In this document: positions 1-11,113 of the stretch, piece by piece
Layout: the number at the start of each line of letters is the position of its first letter
Numbering within the stretch: the stretch's first letter is position 1
NCBI GenBank assembly: GCA_020161845.1
Contig: JAIUNK010000011.1
Coordinates: forward strand, 41,669 to 105,668
Reading direction: 5' to 3'
DNA from: Actinomycetota bacterium
GTDB taxonomy: Bacteria > Actinomycetota > Actinomycetes > Actinomycetales > Dermatophilaceae
Length of the DNA stretch: 64,000 nucleotides
Notes under the pieces: model-generated
Seen by the model: the letters and a program-made list of their open reading frames with translations, nothing else
Database searches by the model: none
Told to the model about the DNA's origin: nothing
Made by a program: the position numbers and the translations under genes

Positions 1-35
1 CCCATCCGCCATCGATATCCGCTGGAGTGCCCGCA

Positions 36-1670
36 GTGAAGAGTGCCGTCGAGACCCTCAACCCGACCCGGGTCAAACTGACCGTCGAGGTCCCCCACGA
101 GGAGCTCAAGCCCAGCCTCGACGCGGCCCTGCGGGCGATCGCGTCCCAGATGAATATCCCCGGCTTCCGGCCCGGGAAGGTCCCCACCCGCCTGGTCGAA
201 CAGCGCGTCGGTCGGGCCGCGGTGATCCAGGAGGCCGTCAACAGCGCCCTACCTGAGCTCTACGGTCAGGCCGTCGACGAGGCCGACATCAAGCCGCTCG
301 GGCAGCCCGAGGTCGACATCGTCGAGTTGCCGATGGAGGAGGGCGAGCAGTTCGTCTTCACCGCCGAGGTCGACGTCCGCCCCGAGATCACGCTGCCGGC
401 CTACGACACCCTCAAGGTCGAGGTCGACGCCCTCGACGACGCCGAGGTGGCGACGGAGGCCGAGGAGCGCATGACGGCGCTGCGGCAGCGGTTCGGTTCG
501 CTGGCCACCGTCGAGCGGGCCGCCCAGGACGGCGACTTCGTCTCGGTCGATCTGCGCGCCGTCATCGGCGCGGAGGAGATCGACTCGGCCAAGGGCATCT
601 CCTATGAGATCGGGTCCGGCAGCATGCTCGACGGCATGGATGACGCCCTGATCGGGCTCTCCGCCGGCGAGTCGAAGACCTTCACCGCGCCGCTGGCCGG
701 TGGCGAACACGCCGGCGAGGACGCCGAGATCACGGTCACCCTCGGCTCCGTCAAGGAGCGGGAGCTGCCCGAGCTGGACGACGACTTCGCCCAGCAGGCC
801 AGCGAGTTCGACACCGTCGAGGAGCTGCGCGAGGACGTCACCAAGCAGGCCCGCCAGGCCAAGCTGTTCGCCCAGGGGGTCCAGGCCCGGGACAAGATCC
901 TGGAGCTGCTGCTGGACACCGTGCCCTTCGACGTGCCGCAGGGCATGGTCGAGCACGAGGTGCACCACCACCTCGACGGCGAGGGCCGCCTGAACGACGA
1001 CGAGCACCGCGCCGAGGTCACCGAGTCCACCACCAAGGCGCTGCGCGCCCAGCTGCTCCTCGACGCGATCGCCGAGGAGCAGGAGGTCGAGGTCGAGCAG
1101 GGCGAACTCATCGAATACCTGGTGATGACCGCCCAGCAATACGGCATGGAGCCCCAGCAGCTCGCCCAGGCCATGGAGAGCGGCCAGCAGATGGGCGCGA
1201 TGGTCTCCGAGGTGGCCCGCCGCAAGGCGCTCGCTGCGGTGCTCGAGAAGGTCGAGGTCGTCGACAGCAACGGCGAGACCGTCGACCTCTCGGCCTCCAT
1301 CGACACGGACGAGCTGGACGAGGACGACATCGAGGCCGCGCAGGCCGCCGGCGCCCAGGCGACCGCCACGCCGGCCCAGCAGGCGGCACCGCCGGCCGCC
1401 GACGCCGGCGGCCCTGAGTCCGGTGACACCGACGCGGCCGGCACCGACGCTGCCGACGCCGATGCCGCGGGCGAGGTGCCCGCCGAGCAGAAGCCGGCGA
1501 AGAAGGCCCCGGCGAAGAAGGCGGCCAAGAAGGCGGCCGAGCCCGCCGAGGATGCGGCCCAAGCCTCCGATGGCGAGGACAAGCCGGCCAAGAAGGCCAC
1601 GGCGAAGAAGGCTCCGGCCAAGAAGGCGCCCGCGAAGAAGGCCGCGGCGGCCGAGGACGCCGGCGAATAA
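36..1670 (+). CDS. tig: Trigger factor with acidic/AKKA-repeat C-terminal extension
   Basis: KSAVETLNPTRVKL N-terminus, IPGFRPGKVP ribosome-binding signature, FKBP-like domain; precedes clpP. GTG at 36 follows GGAG; alternative GTG at 27. Confidence 0.96.
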   Translation: MKSAVETLNPTRVKLTVEVPHEELKPSLDAALRAIASQMNIPGFRPGKVPTRLVEQRVGRAAVIQEAVNSALPELYGQAVDEADIKPLGQPEVDIVELPMEEGEQFVFTAEVDVRPEITLPAYDTLKVEVDALDDAEVATEAEERMTALRQRFGSLATVERAAQDGDFVSVDLRAVIGAEEIDSAKGISYEIGSGSMLDGMDDALIGLSAGESKTFTAPLAGGEHAGEDAEITVTLGSVKERELPELDDDFAQQASEFDTVEELREDVTKQARQAKLFAQGVQARDKILELLLDTVPFDVPQGMVEHEVHHHLDGEGRLNDDEHRAEVTESTTKALRAQLLLDAIAEEQEVEVEQGELIEYLVMTAQQYGMEPQQLAQAMESGQQMGAMVSEVARRKALAAVLEKVEVVDSNGETVDLSASIDTDELDEDDIEAAQAAGAQATATPAQQAAPPAADAGGPESGDTDAAGTDAADADAAGEVPAEQKPAKKAPAKKAAKKAAEPAEDAAQASDGEDKPAKKATAKKAPAKKAPAKKAAAAEDAGE

Positions 1671-1683
1671 TCGGCCGTACCGC

Positions 1684-1726
1684 CCGGGTCTCGGCCGGGT
1701 CTCGGCCGGGTCTCGGCCGGGTCTCG
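1684..1726. repeat. Tandem repeat CCGGGTCTCGG x about 4 (11-bp unit)
   Basis: Units at 1684, 1695 and 1706 plus a 10-nt copy at 1717, just after the tig stop. Confidence 0.9.
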
Positions 1727-1741
1727 CCCGGCGCCGGCTTG

Positions 1742-1755
1742 CGCTCACGGCGAAC
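1742..1755. promoter_or_regulatory. Putative ClgR operator upstream of clpP1P2
   Basis: CGCTCACGGCGAAC; the reverse strand reads GTTCGC-N5-GCG, the actinobacterial ClgR box. TAGTGT -10 candidate at 1795-1800; clgR-like gene at 60978. Confidence 0.7.
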
Positions 1756-1871
1756 ACTCGCCGTGGCAGGAAATGCCCACGGCGTCAGCCACGTTAGTGT
1801 TGACGATCGGAGGGACCGGCGGATGTCACCCGGAATCTCATGAGACACGACACAGATGGAGAACGGTGAGC

Positions 1872-2483
1872 ATGAGCGAGATCGTCGCCGCCGGACCGAA
1901 CCAGAACTCGGGCCTGGACGACCACATCTACCAGCGGCTGCTCAAGGAACGGATCATCTTCCTGGGCTCCGACGTACGGGACGACAACGCCAACGCCATC
2001 TGCGCCCAGATGCTGCTGCTTGCCGCGGAGGACCCGAGCAAGGACATCTGGCTCTACATCAACAGTCCCGGCGGATCGATCTCGGCGGGCATGGCGATCT
2101 ACGACACGATGAACTGGATCCAGTGCGATGTCGCCACGGTGGCGATGGGCATGGCGGCCAGCATGGGCCAATTCCTGCTGTCGGCGGGCACGAAGGGCAA
2201 GCGCTACGCCACCCCGAACGCGCGCATCCTGATGCACCAGCCGCTGGGCGGCATCGGCGGCACCGCGACGGACATCAAGATCCAGGCCGAGCAGATGCTC
2301 TACATCAAGCGCAAGATGGCCGAGCTCATCGCCCAGCACACCGGGCAGCCGATAGAGCGGATCGTCGAGGACTCCGACCGGGACCGCTGGTTCAGCGCGC
2401 AGGAGGCCATGGAATACGGCTTCGTCGACCACGTCTACGAGCACGCGGGTCAGGCCCCGGGTGCCGGCGGCACCGAGAACTGA
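1872..2483 (+). CDS. clpP1: ATP-dependent Clp protease proteolytic subunit 1
   Basis: [20 protein letters not shown] (catalytic Ser), ILMHQP (His); tandem clpP pair. Confidence 0.97.
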   Translation: MSEIVAAGPNQNSGLDDHIYQRLLKERIIFLGSDVRDDNANAICAQMLLLAAEDPSKDIWLYINSPGGSISAGMAIYDTMNWIQCDVATVAMGMAASMGQFLLSAGTKGKRYATPNARILMHQPLGGIGGTATDIKIQAEQMLYIKRKMAELIAQHTGQPIERIVEDSDRDRWFSAQEAMEYGFVDHVYEHAGQAPGAGGTEN

Positions 2484-2521
2484 CAACCGGCCCGACTGCC
2501 CTGAGCGAAAGACCGAGACCC

Positions 2522-3178
2522 ATGTACCTGCAGACCCCCCGCGGCGGCCAGATCGTGCCGGCCCCGACGAGCCGCTACATCCTGCCGCAGTTCGAGGAGC
2601 GCACCTCCTACGGGATGAAGCGCACCGACCCTTACACGAAGATGTTCGAGGACCGCATCATCTTCCTTGGCGTGCAGGTCGACGATGCCAGCGCCGACGA
2701 CATCATCGCCCAACTCGTCGTCCTGGAGAGCCAGGACCCCGACCGGGACATCCTGATGTACATCAACAGCCCCGGCGGCTCGTTCACCGCGATGACGGCG
2801 ATCTACGACACGATGCAGTTCATCCGCCCGGACATCCAGACCTTCGTGATCGGCCAGGCCGCCTCGGCCGCGGCGGTCCTGACGGCCGCGGGAGCCCCGG
2901 GCAAGCGCTACGCCTTGCCGAACAGCCGCATCCTGATCCACCAGCCGGCCCTGGCCGGCGGCGACTACGGTCAGGCCAGCGACATCGAGATCCAGGCCAA
3001 CGAGGTGTTCCGGATGCGCACCTGGCTGGAGCAGACCCTGGCCAAGCACTCGGGCCGCACGCCCGAGCAGGTGAACGAGGACATCGAGCGCGACAAGATC
3101 CTGTCCGCTCAGGAGGCCAAGGAATATGGCCTGATCGACGACGTCCTGTCCAGCCGCAAGGCGTCGGCGCAGGCCTGA
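2522..3178 (+). CDS. clpP2: ATP-dependent Clp protease proteolytic subunit 2
   Basis: [50 protein letters not shown]. Confidence 0.97.
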   Translation: MYLQTPRGGQIVPAPTSRYILPQFEERTSYGMKRTDPYTKMFEDRIIFLGVQVDDASADDIIAQLVVLESQDPDRDILMYINSPGGSFTAMTAIYDTMQFIRPDIQTFVIGQAASAAAVLTAAGAPGKRYALPNSRILIHQPALAGGDYGQASDIEIQANEVFRMRTWLEQTLAKHSGRTPEQVNEDIERDKILSAQEAKEYGLIDDVLSSRKASAQA

Positions 3179-3256
3179 GGCGGGCCCCCGGGAGGGTCGA
3201 TTGCGGTGCGCCGCAACGAGGCTCCCCGGGACCGCAGCACGCCGTACGACGTGGGC

Positions 3257-3288
3257 ACGCGGCCGCCCGGGCAACCCGGCGGCCGCGT
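3257..3288 (+). terminator. GC-rich hairpin downstream of clpP2
   Basis: ACGCGGCCGCCCGGG-CAA-CCCGGCGGCCGCGT, 14-bp stem with one bulge; no U-tract. Confidence 0.45.
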
Positions 3289-3483
3289 ACCGTTTCCGCT
3301 GCCCGCGCCCCGCCCGACCGGCCCCCAGACGACATACTGACGGGTTTCCGCCCTGAGCGGACACGCCCCGGTTGTTCTCGCGGTCGGGCAGTCGAATGGG
3401 GAAGATGAGGGCACGGCTGCGGCTCGGGACGCACCTCTAGCGCCCACCTCGCCGCACCGCCTCGACGATGGAAGGACCCGCCT

Positions 3484-4779
<1,296 letters not shown>

Positions 4780-4861
4780 GCCACCAGCCGATCCGCGGGC
4801 CGCGTAGGGCTGACCCGCGGGTGCCTGGTGTCCCGTGCCGCGGCCGGGCAGGATGAGGGCT

Positions 4862-5554
4862 GTGACGCGCGTCTTCTCCCTGGCACTCGGGCAGGTCGGC
4901 CCACTGCAGCAGAGCGCCGTCAGTTGTGGCGCGGCATGCCTGGTGGTGGCCCGGATGATGCGCGATCCGTGGCTCGCCGGCTGGATCCTCGATGGCCCGG
5001 CGGGCGATTGTCGCGCCCCGCACGAGCGGTTCGCCGACCTCGAACGCCGCACCATGCGGCGTACCAATTCCGTGCTCGCCTACCCGGGCCGCCTGCAGCT
5101 GCCCTGGCCGCGCAGCCTGGGCACCTCGCCGTGGGGGGCCGCGGCCGAGCTGGAGGAGCGCAGCGCGGATCCCGGCCACGACTACCGCATCGTCCCGATC
5201 CGAGGCCTGTCGCCGGAGGCGCTGGCGGGCGCGTTCGACGCCGTGGTCGCGCGGGTGCGGCCGGGTGCGCCGGTCCTGCTGTACGTCGGGAGCGCGACGC
5301 TACCCCGGCACGTCTGCCTGATCTTCGCCGGCGAGGGCGATCGCACCGTGCTGCTCTACGAGCCGGCGTCCGGGTCGGTGGAACTGCCCAGCCGGGACCG
5401 GTTCGCCGCCGCGGCCCTGGGGCTGGCCGGCTGGGACCGCCCGTGGGTGTTGGTGGCCCCGCAGGCGGCGCCGACGCCGGCCGGCCGGGCCCGGGCGCGT
5501 CTGCTCTCCCGGGCCCCGCGGCCCGCCGCCGGCGCGGTCATGTTCCGGGAATAG
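4862..5554 (+). CDS. Hypothetical protein with papain-like/C39-like Cys-His-acid motif
   Basis: LQQSAVSCGAACL, PRHVCLI, LLYEPASG. GTG at 4862 lies 7 nt after CAGGAT; alternative starts at 4853 and 4835. Confidence 0.65.
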   Translation: MTRVFSLALGQVGPLQQSAVSCGAACLVVARMMRDPWLAGWILDGPAGDCRAPHERFADLERRTMRRTNSVLAYPGRLQLPWPRSLGTSPWGAAAELEERSADPGHDYRIVPIRGLSPEALAGAFDAVVARVRPGAPVLLYVGSATLPRHVCLIFAGEGDRTVLLYEPASGSVELPSRDRFAAAALGLAGWDRPWVLVAPQAAPTPAGRARARLLSRAPRPAAGAVMFRE

Positions 5555-5644
5555 CCGGCCAGGTCACGACGGCCCGGCCGCCGTCCGCGCCGCCCTGCAC
5601 CACCCGGTTCCTGGGCGGTCGACAGGAACTTCGCAGTGCCCCAA

Positions 5645-5660
5645 TGTGATCCAGGTCATA
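5645..5660. promoter_or_regulatory. CRP/GlxR-like box upstream of MCP
   Basis: TGTGA-TCCAGG-TCATA, one mismatch to TGTGA-N6-TCACA. Confidence 0.5.
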
Positions 5661-5669
5661 TCGAGTTCG

Positions 5670-5695
5670 CTCAGTGGCTGGTGGGTGCGGTCGAT
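5670..5695 (+). promoter_or_regulatory. Putative sigma28 (FliA/WhiG-type) promoter of MCP
   Basis: CTCA-N16-GTCGAT, 50 nt upstream of the MCP ATG. Confidence 0.45.
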
Positions 5696-5744
5696 GCTGG
5701 CGACGAACGCCTATTGCGAAGCTGACGACATATAAGGACTCGAG

Positions 5745-7664
5745 ATGCGCCGACCCAACCTCCACCTTCCCCAGGGCGTCCTGGCGAAGATCACGGCACT
5801 GACCATCGCCCTCGTGGTCGTCAGCGTCGGCGTGGGCCTCGCCACCAGCAGGCTGGTCGCGTCCCGCCTGGCCGAGAGCTCTCGGGCCGAACTGTCCGCC
5901 ACGGTCGTGGACTGGCTGGAACAGGACCTGAGCGAGCAGAGGCAGACTGCCGCACAACTGGCCTCCTATGTCGCCAGTGAGCCGGACGTTCAGGCGGCAT
6001 TTGCGGCCAGGGATCGGGCCGCGCTCAGCGCGCTGACGCTGCCCTCCTTCGTGCGGTTGAAGAAGGACTTCGGGGTCGCCCAGTTCCAGTTCCACACCCC
6101 CGATTCGCGGTCCTTCCTGCGGCTGCACAGCCCCGAGAAGTTCGGCGACGACCTGTCGTCCTTCCGGTCCAGCGTGGTCGCGGCCAACAAGGAGAAGAAG
6201 CCGGTCGGTGGCACCGAGGGCGGCGTGGCCGGACTCGGGGTCCGTTCGGTGGTTCCGGTCACCTACCAGAACCAGCACGTCGGCACCGTCGAGTTCGGGC
6301 TGAACCTCGCCGAGGCCTACGTCAAGCGCATCTCGACGTCGTTCCGGGCGCCCGCCGCGCTGTACGCCCCGGACGCCAAGGCCGCAGCCGGGTCGCCGGC
6401 CAAGCCGGTGGCCTCGACCCTGCCCAAGGACTTCAGCGTCGACGGCTCGGTGGTCGCGCAGGCGATGAAGGGGGCCGAAACCATCGACACGATCACCGTG
6501 GGCCAGACCCCGTACGACGTCGTCTACCACCCCATCCGGGACACCCAGAACGCGGTCGTGGCGACGCTGATCCTGATGAAGGACAGCTCGGCGGTCGGCG
6601 ACGCCATTGCGTCGGCGAATCGGATCGGCCTGCTGTCCGGCCTGGCCGTGCTGGTTGTCGGGCTGGCTGGTGGCCTCTTCGTGGCGCGCCGCATCTCCCG
6701 CTCGGTGACGGGCCCGGTGAGCACGGTCAGCGACGTCTTGGAGCACGTCGCCAGCGGCGACTTCGCGGTGCGCGCTCCGCTGGTGGGGGATTCGACGGTC
6801 CAGCGTCTCGCCGAGCGGGTGAACCGGACAGTGGACGAGCTCTCCTCGACCCTGCGCACGGTGCTCACGTCGGCCTCGGTGCTGCGCGGCGAGCTGGAGT
6901 CCCTGGATGAGTCCACGGCGCAGGCCGGTGCCGCCGCGCAGCGGTCCTTGGATCAGGCCGGCCGGGTGCGGCAGGACGCCGAGGGGGTCAACGAGAACAT
7001 CGGCGTGGTCGCCGCGGCCTCGGAAGAGCTGTCCGCGTCGATCAGCGCGATCGCGGCCAACGCTGCCGAGGCCGCCACGGTGGGCGGCGAGGCCGTCCGC
7101 GCCAGTGAGGCCACCACCGAACTGATCGGGGCGCTCGGGGTGAGCTCGACCGAGATCGGCCAGGTCGTCAAGTTGATTTCGGGCATCGCCGAGCAGACCA
7201 ACCTGCTCGCCCTCAACGCCACCATCGAGGCCGCCCGGGCGGGCGAGGCGGGCAAGGGCTTCGCGGTCGTGGCCGGCGAGGTGAAGGACCTGGCCACCCA
7301 GACCGGGACCGCCACCGAGGACATCTCGGGCCGCGTCAGCGGCATTCAGGCCGACGCGGAGTCCAGCGTCACGGCCATTGAGGGGATCCGGTCGGTCATC
7401 GCCAAGGTCAACGACTACCAGACCACCATCGCCTCCGCGGTGGAGGAGCAGTCGGCGACCACGCAGGAGATCAGCCGGAGCGTCTCCGCGGCCTCCGCCG
7501 GGGTGCAGACGATCACCGCCACGGCACAAGACCTCTACAACGCGGCCGAGTCGACGGCCGAGATCTCCGCCGCCGCCGCGGCGGCGACCCACCGCGCCGC
7601 GATCGAAGGCAAGCGCGTCTCCGAGCTGCTGGGCCGCTTCCAGTTGGAGTCGAGCACGCCCTGA
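5745..7664 (+). CDS. Methyl-accepting chemotaxis protein (TM, Cache-type sensor, TM, HAMP, MCP signalling domain)
   Basis: [37 protein letters not shown] hairpin tip; [25 protein letters not shown] dCache_3-like sensor; two TM segments. Confidence 0.93.
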   Translation: MRRPNLHLPQGVLAKITALTIALVVVSVGVGLATSRLVASRLAESSRAELSATVVDWLEQDLSEQRQTAAQLASYVASEPDVQAAFAARDRAALSALTLPSFVRLKKDFGVAQFQFHTPDSRSFLRLHSPEKFGDDLSSFRSSVVAANKEKKPVGGTEGGVAGLGVRSVVPVTYQNQHVGTVEFGLNLAEAYVKRISTSFRAPAALYAPDAKAAAGSPAKPVASTLPKDFSVDGSVVAQAMKGAETIDTITVGQTPYDVVYHPIRDTQNAVVATLILMKDSSAVGDAIASANRIGLLSGLAVLVVGLAGGLFVARRISRSVTGPVSTVSDVLEHVASGDFAVRAPLVGDSTVQRLAERVNRTVDELSSTLRTVLTSASVLRGELESLDESTAQAGAAAQRSLDQAGRVRQDAEGVNENIGVVAAASEELSASISAIAANAAEAATVGGEAVRASEATTELIGALGVSSTEIGQVVKLISGIAEQTNLLALNATIEAARAGEAGKGFAVVAGEVKDLATQTGTATEDISGRVSGIQADAESSVTAIEGIRSVIAKVNDYQTTIASAVEEQSATTQEISRSVSAASAGVQTITATAQDLYNAAESTAEISAAAAAATHRAAIEGKRVSELLGRFQLESSTP

Positions 7665-7747
7665 TGAGCAGCAGGGCGTGAGCACGCGGCGGACCGGGCA
7701 CGACCGAAGCGACGCGGCCGAAGAGAGCGCTTGTTGCGGCATAGAAA

Positions 7748-7767
7748 GTAGCTACAGTTATAGCTAT
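7748..7767 (+). promoter_or_regulatory. TA operator and leaderless promoter
   Basis: Palindromes GTAGCTAC (7748-7755) and ATAGCTAT (7760-7767), 12 bp apart centre to centre; TACAGT -10 (7753-7758) lies 7 nt before ATG 7766. Confidence 0.7.
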
Positions 7768-8047
7768 GTCTGTTGACGCGTTGATGGCGCTGAAGGATGT
7801 CAAGAACCGCCTCTCCGAGGTCGTCGAGCATGTCGAGCGTCAGCACGACCGGGTCACGATCACCAAGCACGGCCGACCCGCGGCGGTCGTCATCAGCGTG
7901 GACGACCTTGCCTCCCTGGAGGAGACGCTGGACATTGCGGGCCGACCGGCCCTGATGGAGCAGATCAGGGCCAGCCTCGCGGAGAACGCCACCGGTCAAG
8001 CGTCGGTCCTGACCAAGGACGAGATCCTGAGGTCGCTGCGGGCCTGA
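7766..8047 (+). CDS. relB: Phd/YefM-family antitoxin (RelB/RelF-like)
   Basis: LKDVKNRLSEVV...VTITKHGRPAAVVIS..D...LEETL; TGATG overlap with the toxin. Confidence 0.9.
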   Translation: MSVDALMALKDVKNRLSEVVEHVERQHDRVTITKHGRPAAVVISVDDLASLEETLDIAGRPALMEQIRASLAENATGQASVLTKDEILRSLRA

Positions 8048-8307
8048 TGGACATCGTGTGGACCCCCAGGGCGAAGCGGGCGCTGACCAGGCTTCCCGAG
8101 AAGGTGGCCACCGCGGCCGTCGAGTTCATCTACGACGGCCTTGCGGGAAACCCGCGGCGGGTCGGAAAGCCGCTGCGCTTCGACCTCGAGGGACTTCACT
8201 CCGCTCGCCGGGGCGACTATCGCGTCGTCTATCGGATCGACGCTGCCGCCGACCAGGTCACCGTCGTCGCCCTCGAGCATCGAGCCGACGTGTACCGAGC
8301 GCAGTGA
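8047..8307 (+). CDS. relE: RelE/ParE-family toxin (mycobacterial RelE/RelG-like)
   Basis: L..NP.RVGKPL...LEGLHSARRGDYRVVYRID...V.V..LEHRADVY. Confidence 0.9.
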   Translation: MDIVWTPRAKRALTRLPEKVATAAVEFIYDGLAGNPRRVGKPLRFDLEGLHSARRGDYRVVYRIDAAADQVTVVALEHRADVYRAQ

Positions 8308-8337
8308 GGCCTGGACCGCCGCGCAGCAGTGAGTGGT

Positions 8338-11040
8338 TCAGGCCTGCGGCGGGGCCAGTTCGGCGTCGCGGACCTCGATGCTGGCCGCCTCGGCATACGT
8401 CGCCTGTTGCACCCGGCCGGCCGCGAACAGGTCGGCCTCGGCCGCCCGCAGCCGCGCGGTGGCCGCCTCGGGGCCGGCCAGCGTGACGGTCGTGACCACG
8501 GCCTTCATGCCCACCTTGGCATCGGACTTGACCTTGCGGATCCCGGCCAGGGCCTGGCCGACCGTGCCGAGCAGGGCGGCGTCGCCGTCACGTCCCGCAG
8601 CCAGGCCCGGCTCGGCCGTGCTGGGCCAGGCGGCCCGGTGCACCGAGGGCACCGACGCGGCGCGCCACCAGCTCCAGACCTCCTCGGTGGCATAGGGCAG
8701 GAACGGCGCCAGCAGCCTCAGCTGCACGTCGAGCGCGATCCGCAGCGCGGCCTGCGCCGAGGCGGCCCCGGCCGCGCCGTGCCCGCCGTGCGCCCGGTCC
8801 TTGACCAGCTCGATGTAGTCGTCGCAGAACGTCCAGAAGAACGACTCGGTGTCCTCCAGGGCGCGGGTGTGGTCGTAGGCCTCGAAGCCCTTCGTGGCCT
8901 TGTCCACCACCAGCCCCAGGGCCGCGAGCATCGCCCGGTCCAGCGGCTCGGTGACCAGGGCGGCGAGCGCCGCGTCGTCGGCGGGGCCGTCCCCCGGTTC
9001 GCCGAAGCCGAGCGCGAACTTGCTCGCGTTGAGCACCTTGATCGCCAGGCGCCGGCCCACCTTCATCTGGCCCGTGTCGAACGCCGCGTCGGTGCCCAGC
9101 CGCGCCGAGCAGGCCCAGTAGCGCACTGCGTCGGAGCCGTGCTGCTGCAGCAGCCCCTCGGGGGTCTCGGCGTTGCCCTTGGACTTGCTCATCTTCTTGC
9201 GGTCCGGGTCCAGGATCCACCCGCTGATCGCCGCGTGCCGCCAGGGCAGGCCGCCCTGGAGATGGTGGGCTCGCACCACGGTCGAGAACAGCCAGGTGCG
9301 GATGATGTCCTGGCCCTGGGGGCGCACGTCCATCGGGAACAGCTTGGCGAACAGCTCAGGGTCGGTTCCCGAGACCCCGTCGCCCCAGCCCGTGGTCAGC
9401 TGCGGCGTGAGCGAGGAGGTGGCCCAGGTGTCCATGATGTCCGGGTCGCCGACGAATCCGCCTGGCACGCCGCGCTGTTCGGGGGCATAGCCGGGCGGGG
9501 CCTCCGCCGACGGGTCGACCGGCAGGGTGTCGGGGGCCGGCACGATCGGGTCGTCGTACTGCGTCTCGCCCGCCTCGTCGAGTCGGTACCACAGCGGGAT
9601 CGGGATGCCGAAGAACCGCTGCCGAGAGATCAGCCAGTCGCCGTTGAGGCCGCCGACCCAGTTCTCGTAGCGCACCCGCATGAAGTCGGGGTGGAACGCC
9701 AGTTCCCGGCCCCGCTCGATGAGCGCGGCGCGCAGGTCGGCGTCGCGGCCGCCGTTGCGGATGTACCACTGCCGCGTCGTCACGATCTCCAGCGGCTTGT
9801 CGCCGCGCTCATAGAAGTTCGTCTTGCGCTGGGTGGGGGTGGGTTCGCCGGCCAGGTCGCCGCTGGCGCGCAGCGCGTCGACGATGGCGGTGCGGGCGGC
9901 GTACGTCGTCTTGCCGGCCACCTGCGCGGCGTAGAAGCCGGCGCCGGCGCCGGCCAACCAGTCGGGGGTCTCGGCGGCGAGGCGACCGTTGCGGGTGATG
10001 AGCGAGCGGGTCGGCAGGTCGAGTTCCCGCCACCACGTGACGTCGGTGAGGTCGCCGAAGGTGCAGCACATCGCGATCCCGGCGCCCTTGTCCATCTCCG
10101 CGTCGGGATGGGCCAGCACGGGCAGCTCGACGCCGAACACCGGGCTGGTCACGGTCGTGCCGAACAGGGGCTGGTAGCGCTCGTCGTCGGGGTGGGCGAT
10201 CAGGGCCACGCACGCCGGCAGCAGTTCGGGCCGCGTCGTCTCGATGTGAATGGGCATGCTCGGGGAGTCCGCGGTGGCCACCGTGTGGAAGGCCACCCGG
10301 TGGTAGTGCCCCGGGTAATCCCGCGCCTCCAACTCGGCCTGGGCGACCGCCGTCTGGTAGCTGACGTCCCACAGCCCCGGCGCCTCGGACTGATAGGCGT
10401 GCCCGGCGGCGAGGTGCTCCAGGAAGGCCTGCTGGCTCACGGCGCGGGACCGGTCGTCGATGGTGCGGTAGCTGATGTCCCAGTCCACCGACAGGCCCAG
10501 CCGTCGCCACAGCGCCTCGAACGCCTTCTCGTCCTCGACCGTGCGCTCGTCGCACAGCTCGATGAAGTTGCGCCGGCTGATGGCCTCCTGCTTGGCCGCG
10601 TCCTTGACGTCCTTGGCCGGCATGTCGCCGTGATAGCGCGGCTGGTAGCCCTCGACGTACGGCAGGGAGGCGTCGCCGCGCACACCGTAGTAGTTCTGCA
10701 CCCGCTTCTCCGTGGGCAGGCCGTTGTCGTCCCAGCCCATCGGGTAGAACACCTCCTTGCCGGTCATCCGCTGGTAGCGCGCCAGGGCGTCGGTGTGGGT
10801 GTAAGAGAAGACGTGTCCCACGTGCAGCGACCCGCTCGCCGTGGGCGGCGGGGTGTCGATCGCGTAGACCTGCTCGCGGGGCAGGGCGAGCGCGCGGGCC
10901 CGGTCGAAGCGGTACGTCCCCTGCTGCGCCCACACCGGCGCCCACCTGTCCTCGAGGCCGTCGACGGACGGCTTGTCGGGGACCTGCCTCGGGGCGGCGG
11001 TGCCGGTGGGCCGGTGCTGCAGGTCGGGGGGGATCGTCAT
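8338..11040 (-). CDS. valS: Valine--tRNA ligase (actinobacterial type)
   Basis: IDTPPPTASGSLHVGHVFSY HIGH motif, DWLISRQRFFG, KMSKSKGN. Confidence 0.96.
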   Translation of the reverse strand: MTIPPDLQHRPTGTAAPRQVPDKPSVDGLEDRWAPVWAQQGTYRFDRARALALPREQVYAIDTPPPTASGSLHVGHVFSYTHTDALARYQRMTGKEVFYPMGWDDNGLPTEKRVQNYYGVRGDASLPYVEGYQPRYHGDMPAKDVKDAAKQEAISRRNFIELCDERTVEDEKAFEALWRRLGLSVDWDISYRTIDDRSRAVSQQAFLEHLAAGHAYQSEAPGLWDVSYQTAVAQAELEARDYPGHYHRVAFHTVATADSPSMPIHIETTRPELLPACVALIAHPDDERYQPLFGTTVTSPVFGVELPVLAHPDAEMDKGAGIAMCCTFGDLTDVTWWRELDLPTRSLITRNGRLAAETPDWLAGAGAGFYAAQVAGKTTYAARTAIVDALRASGDLAGEPTPTQRKTNFYERGDKPLEIVTTRQWYIRNGGRDADLRAALIERGRELAFHPDFMRVRYENWVGGLNGDWLISRQRFFGIPIPLWYRLDEAGETQYDDPIVPAPDTLPVDPSAEAPPGYAPEQRGVPGGFVGDPDIMDTWATSSLTPQLTTGWGDGVSGTDPELFAKLFPMDVRPQGQDIIRTWLFSTVVRAHHLQGGLPWRHAAISGWILDPDRKKMSKSKGNAETPEGLLQQHGSDAVRYWACSARLGTDAAFDTGQMKVGRRLAIKVLNASKFALGFGEPGDGPADDAALAALVTEPLDRAMLAALGLVVDKATKGFEAYDHTRALEDTESFFWTFCDDYIELVKDRAHGGHGAAGAASAQAALRIALDVQLRLLAPFLPYATEEVWSWWRAASVPSVHRAAWPSTAEPGLAAGRDGDAALLGTVGQALAGIRKVKSDAKVGMKAVVTTVTLAGPEAATARLRAAEADLFAAGRVQQATYAEAASIEVRDAELAPPQA

Positions 11041-11113
11041 GGGCCGAATCTTCCCAGACGCCCAGGCCGCGACTCCAATCGGTTCCGGGACGGCAGCCCC
11101 GCGGGCCGACGGC

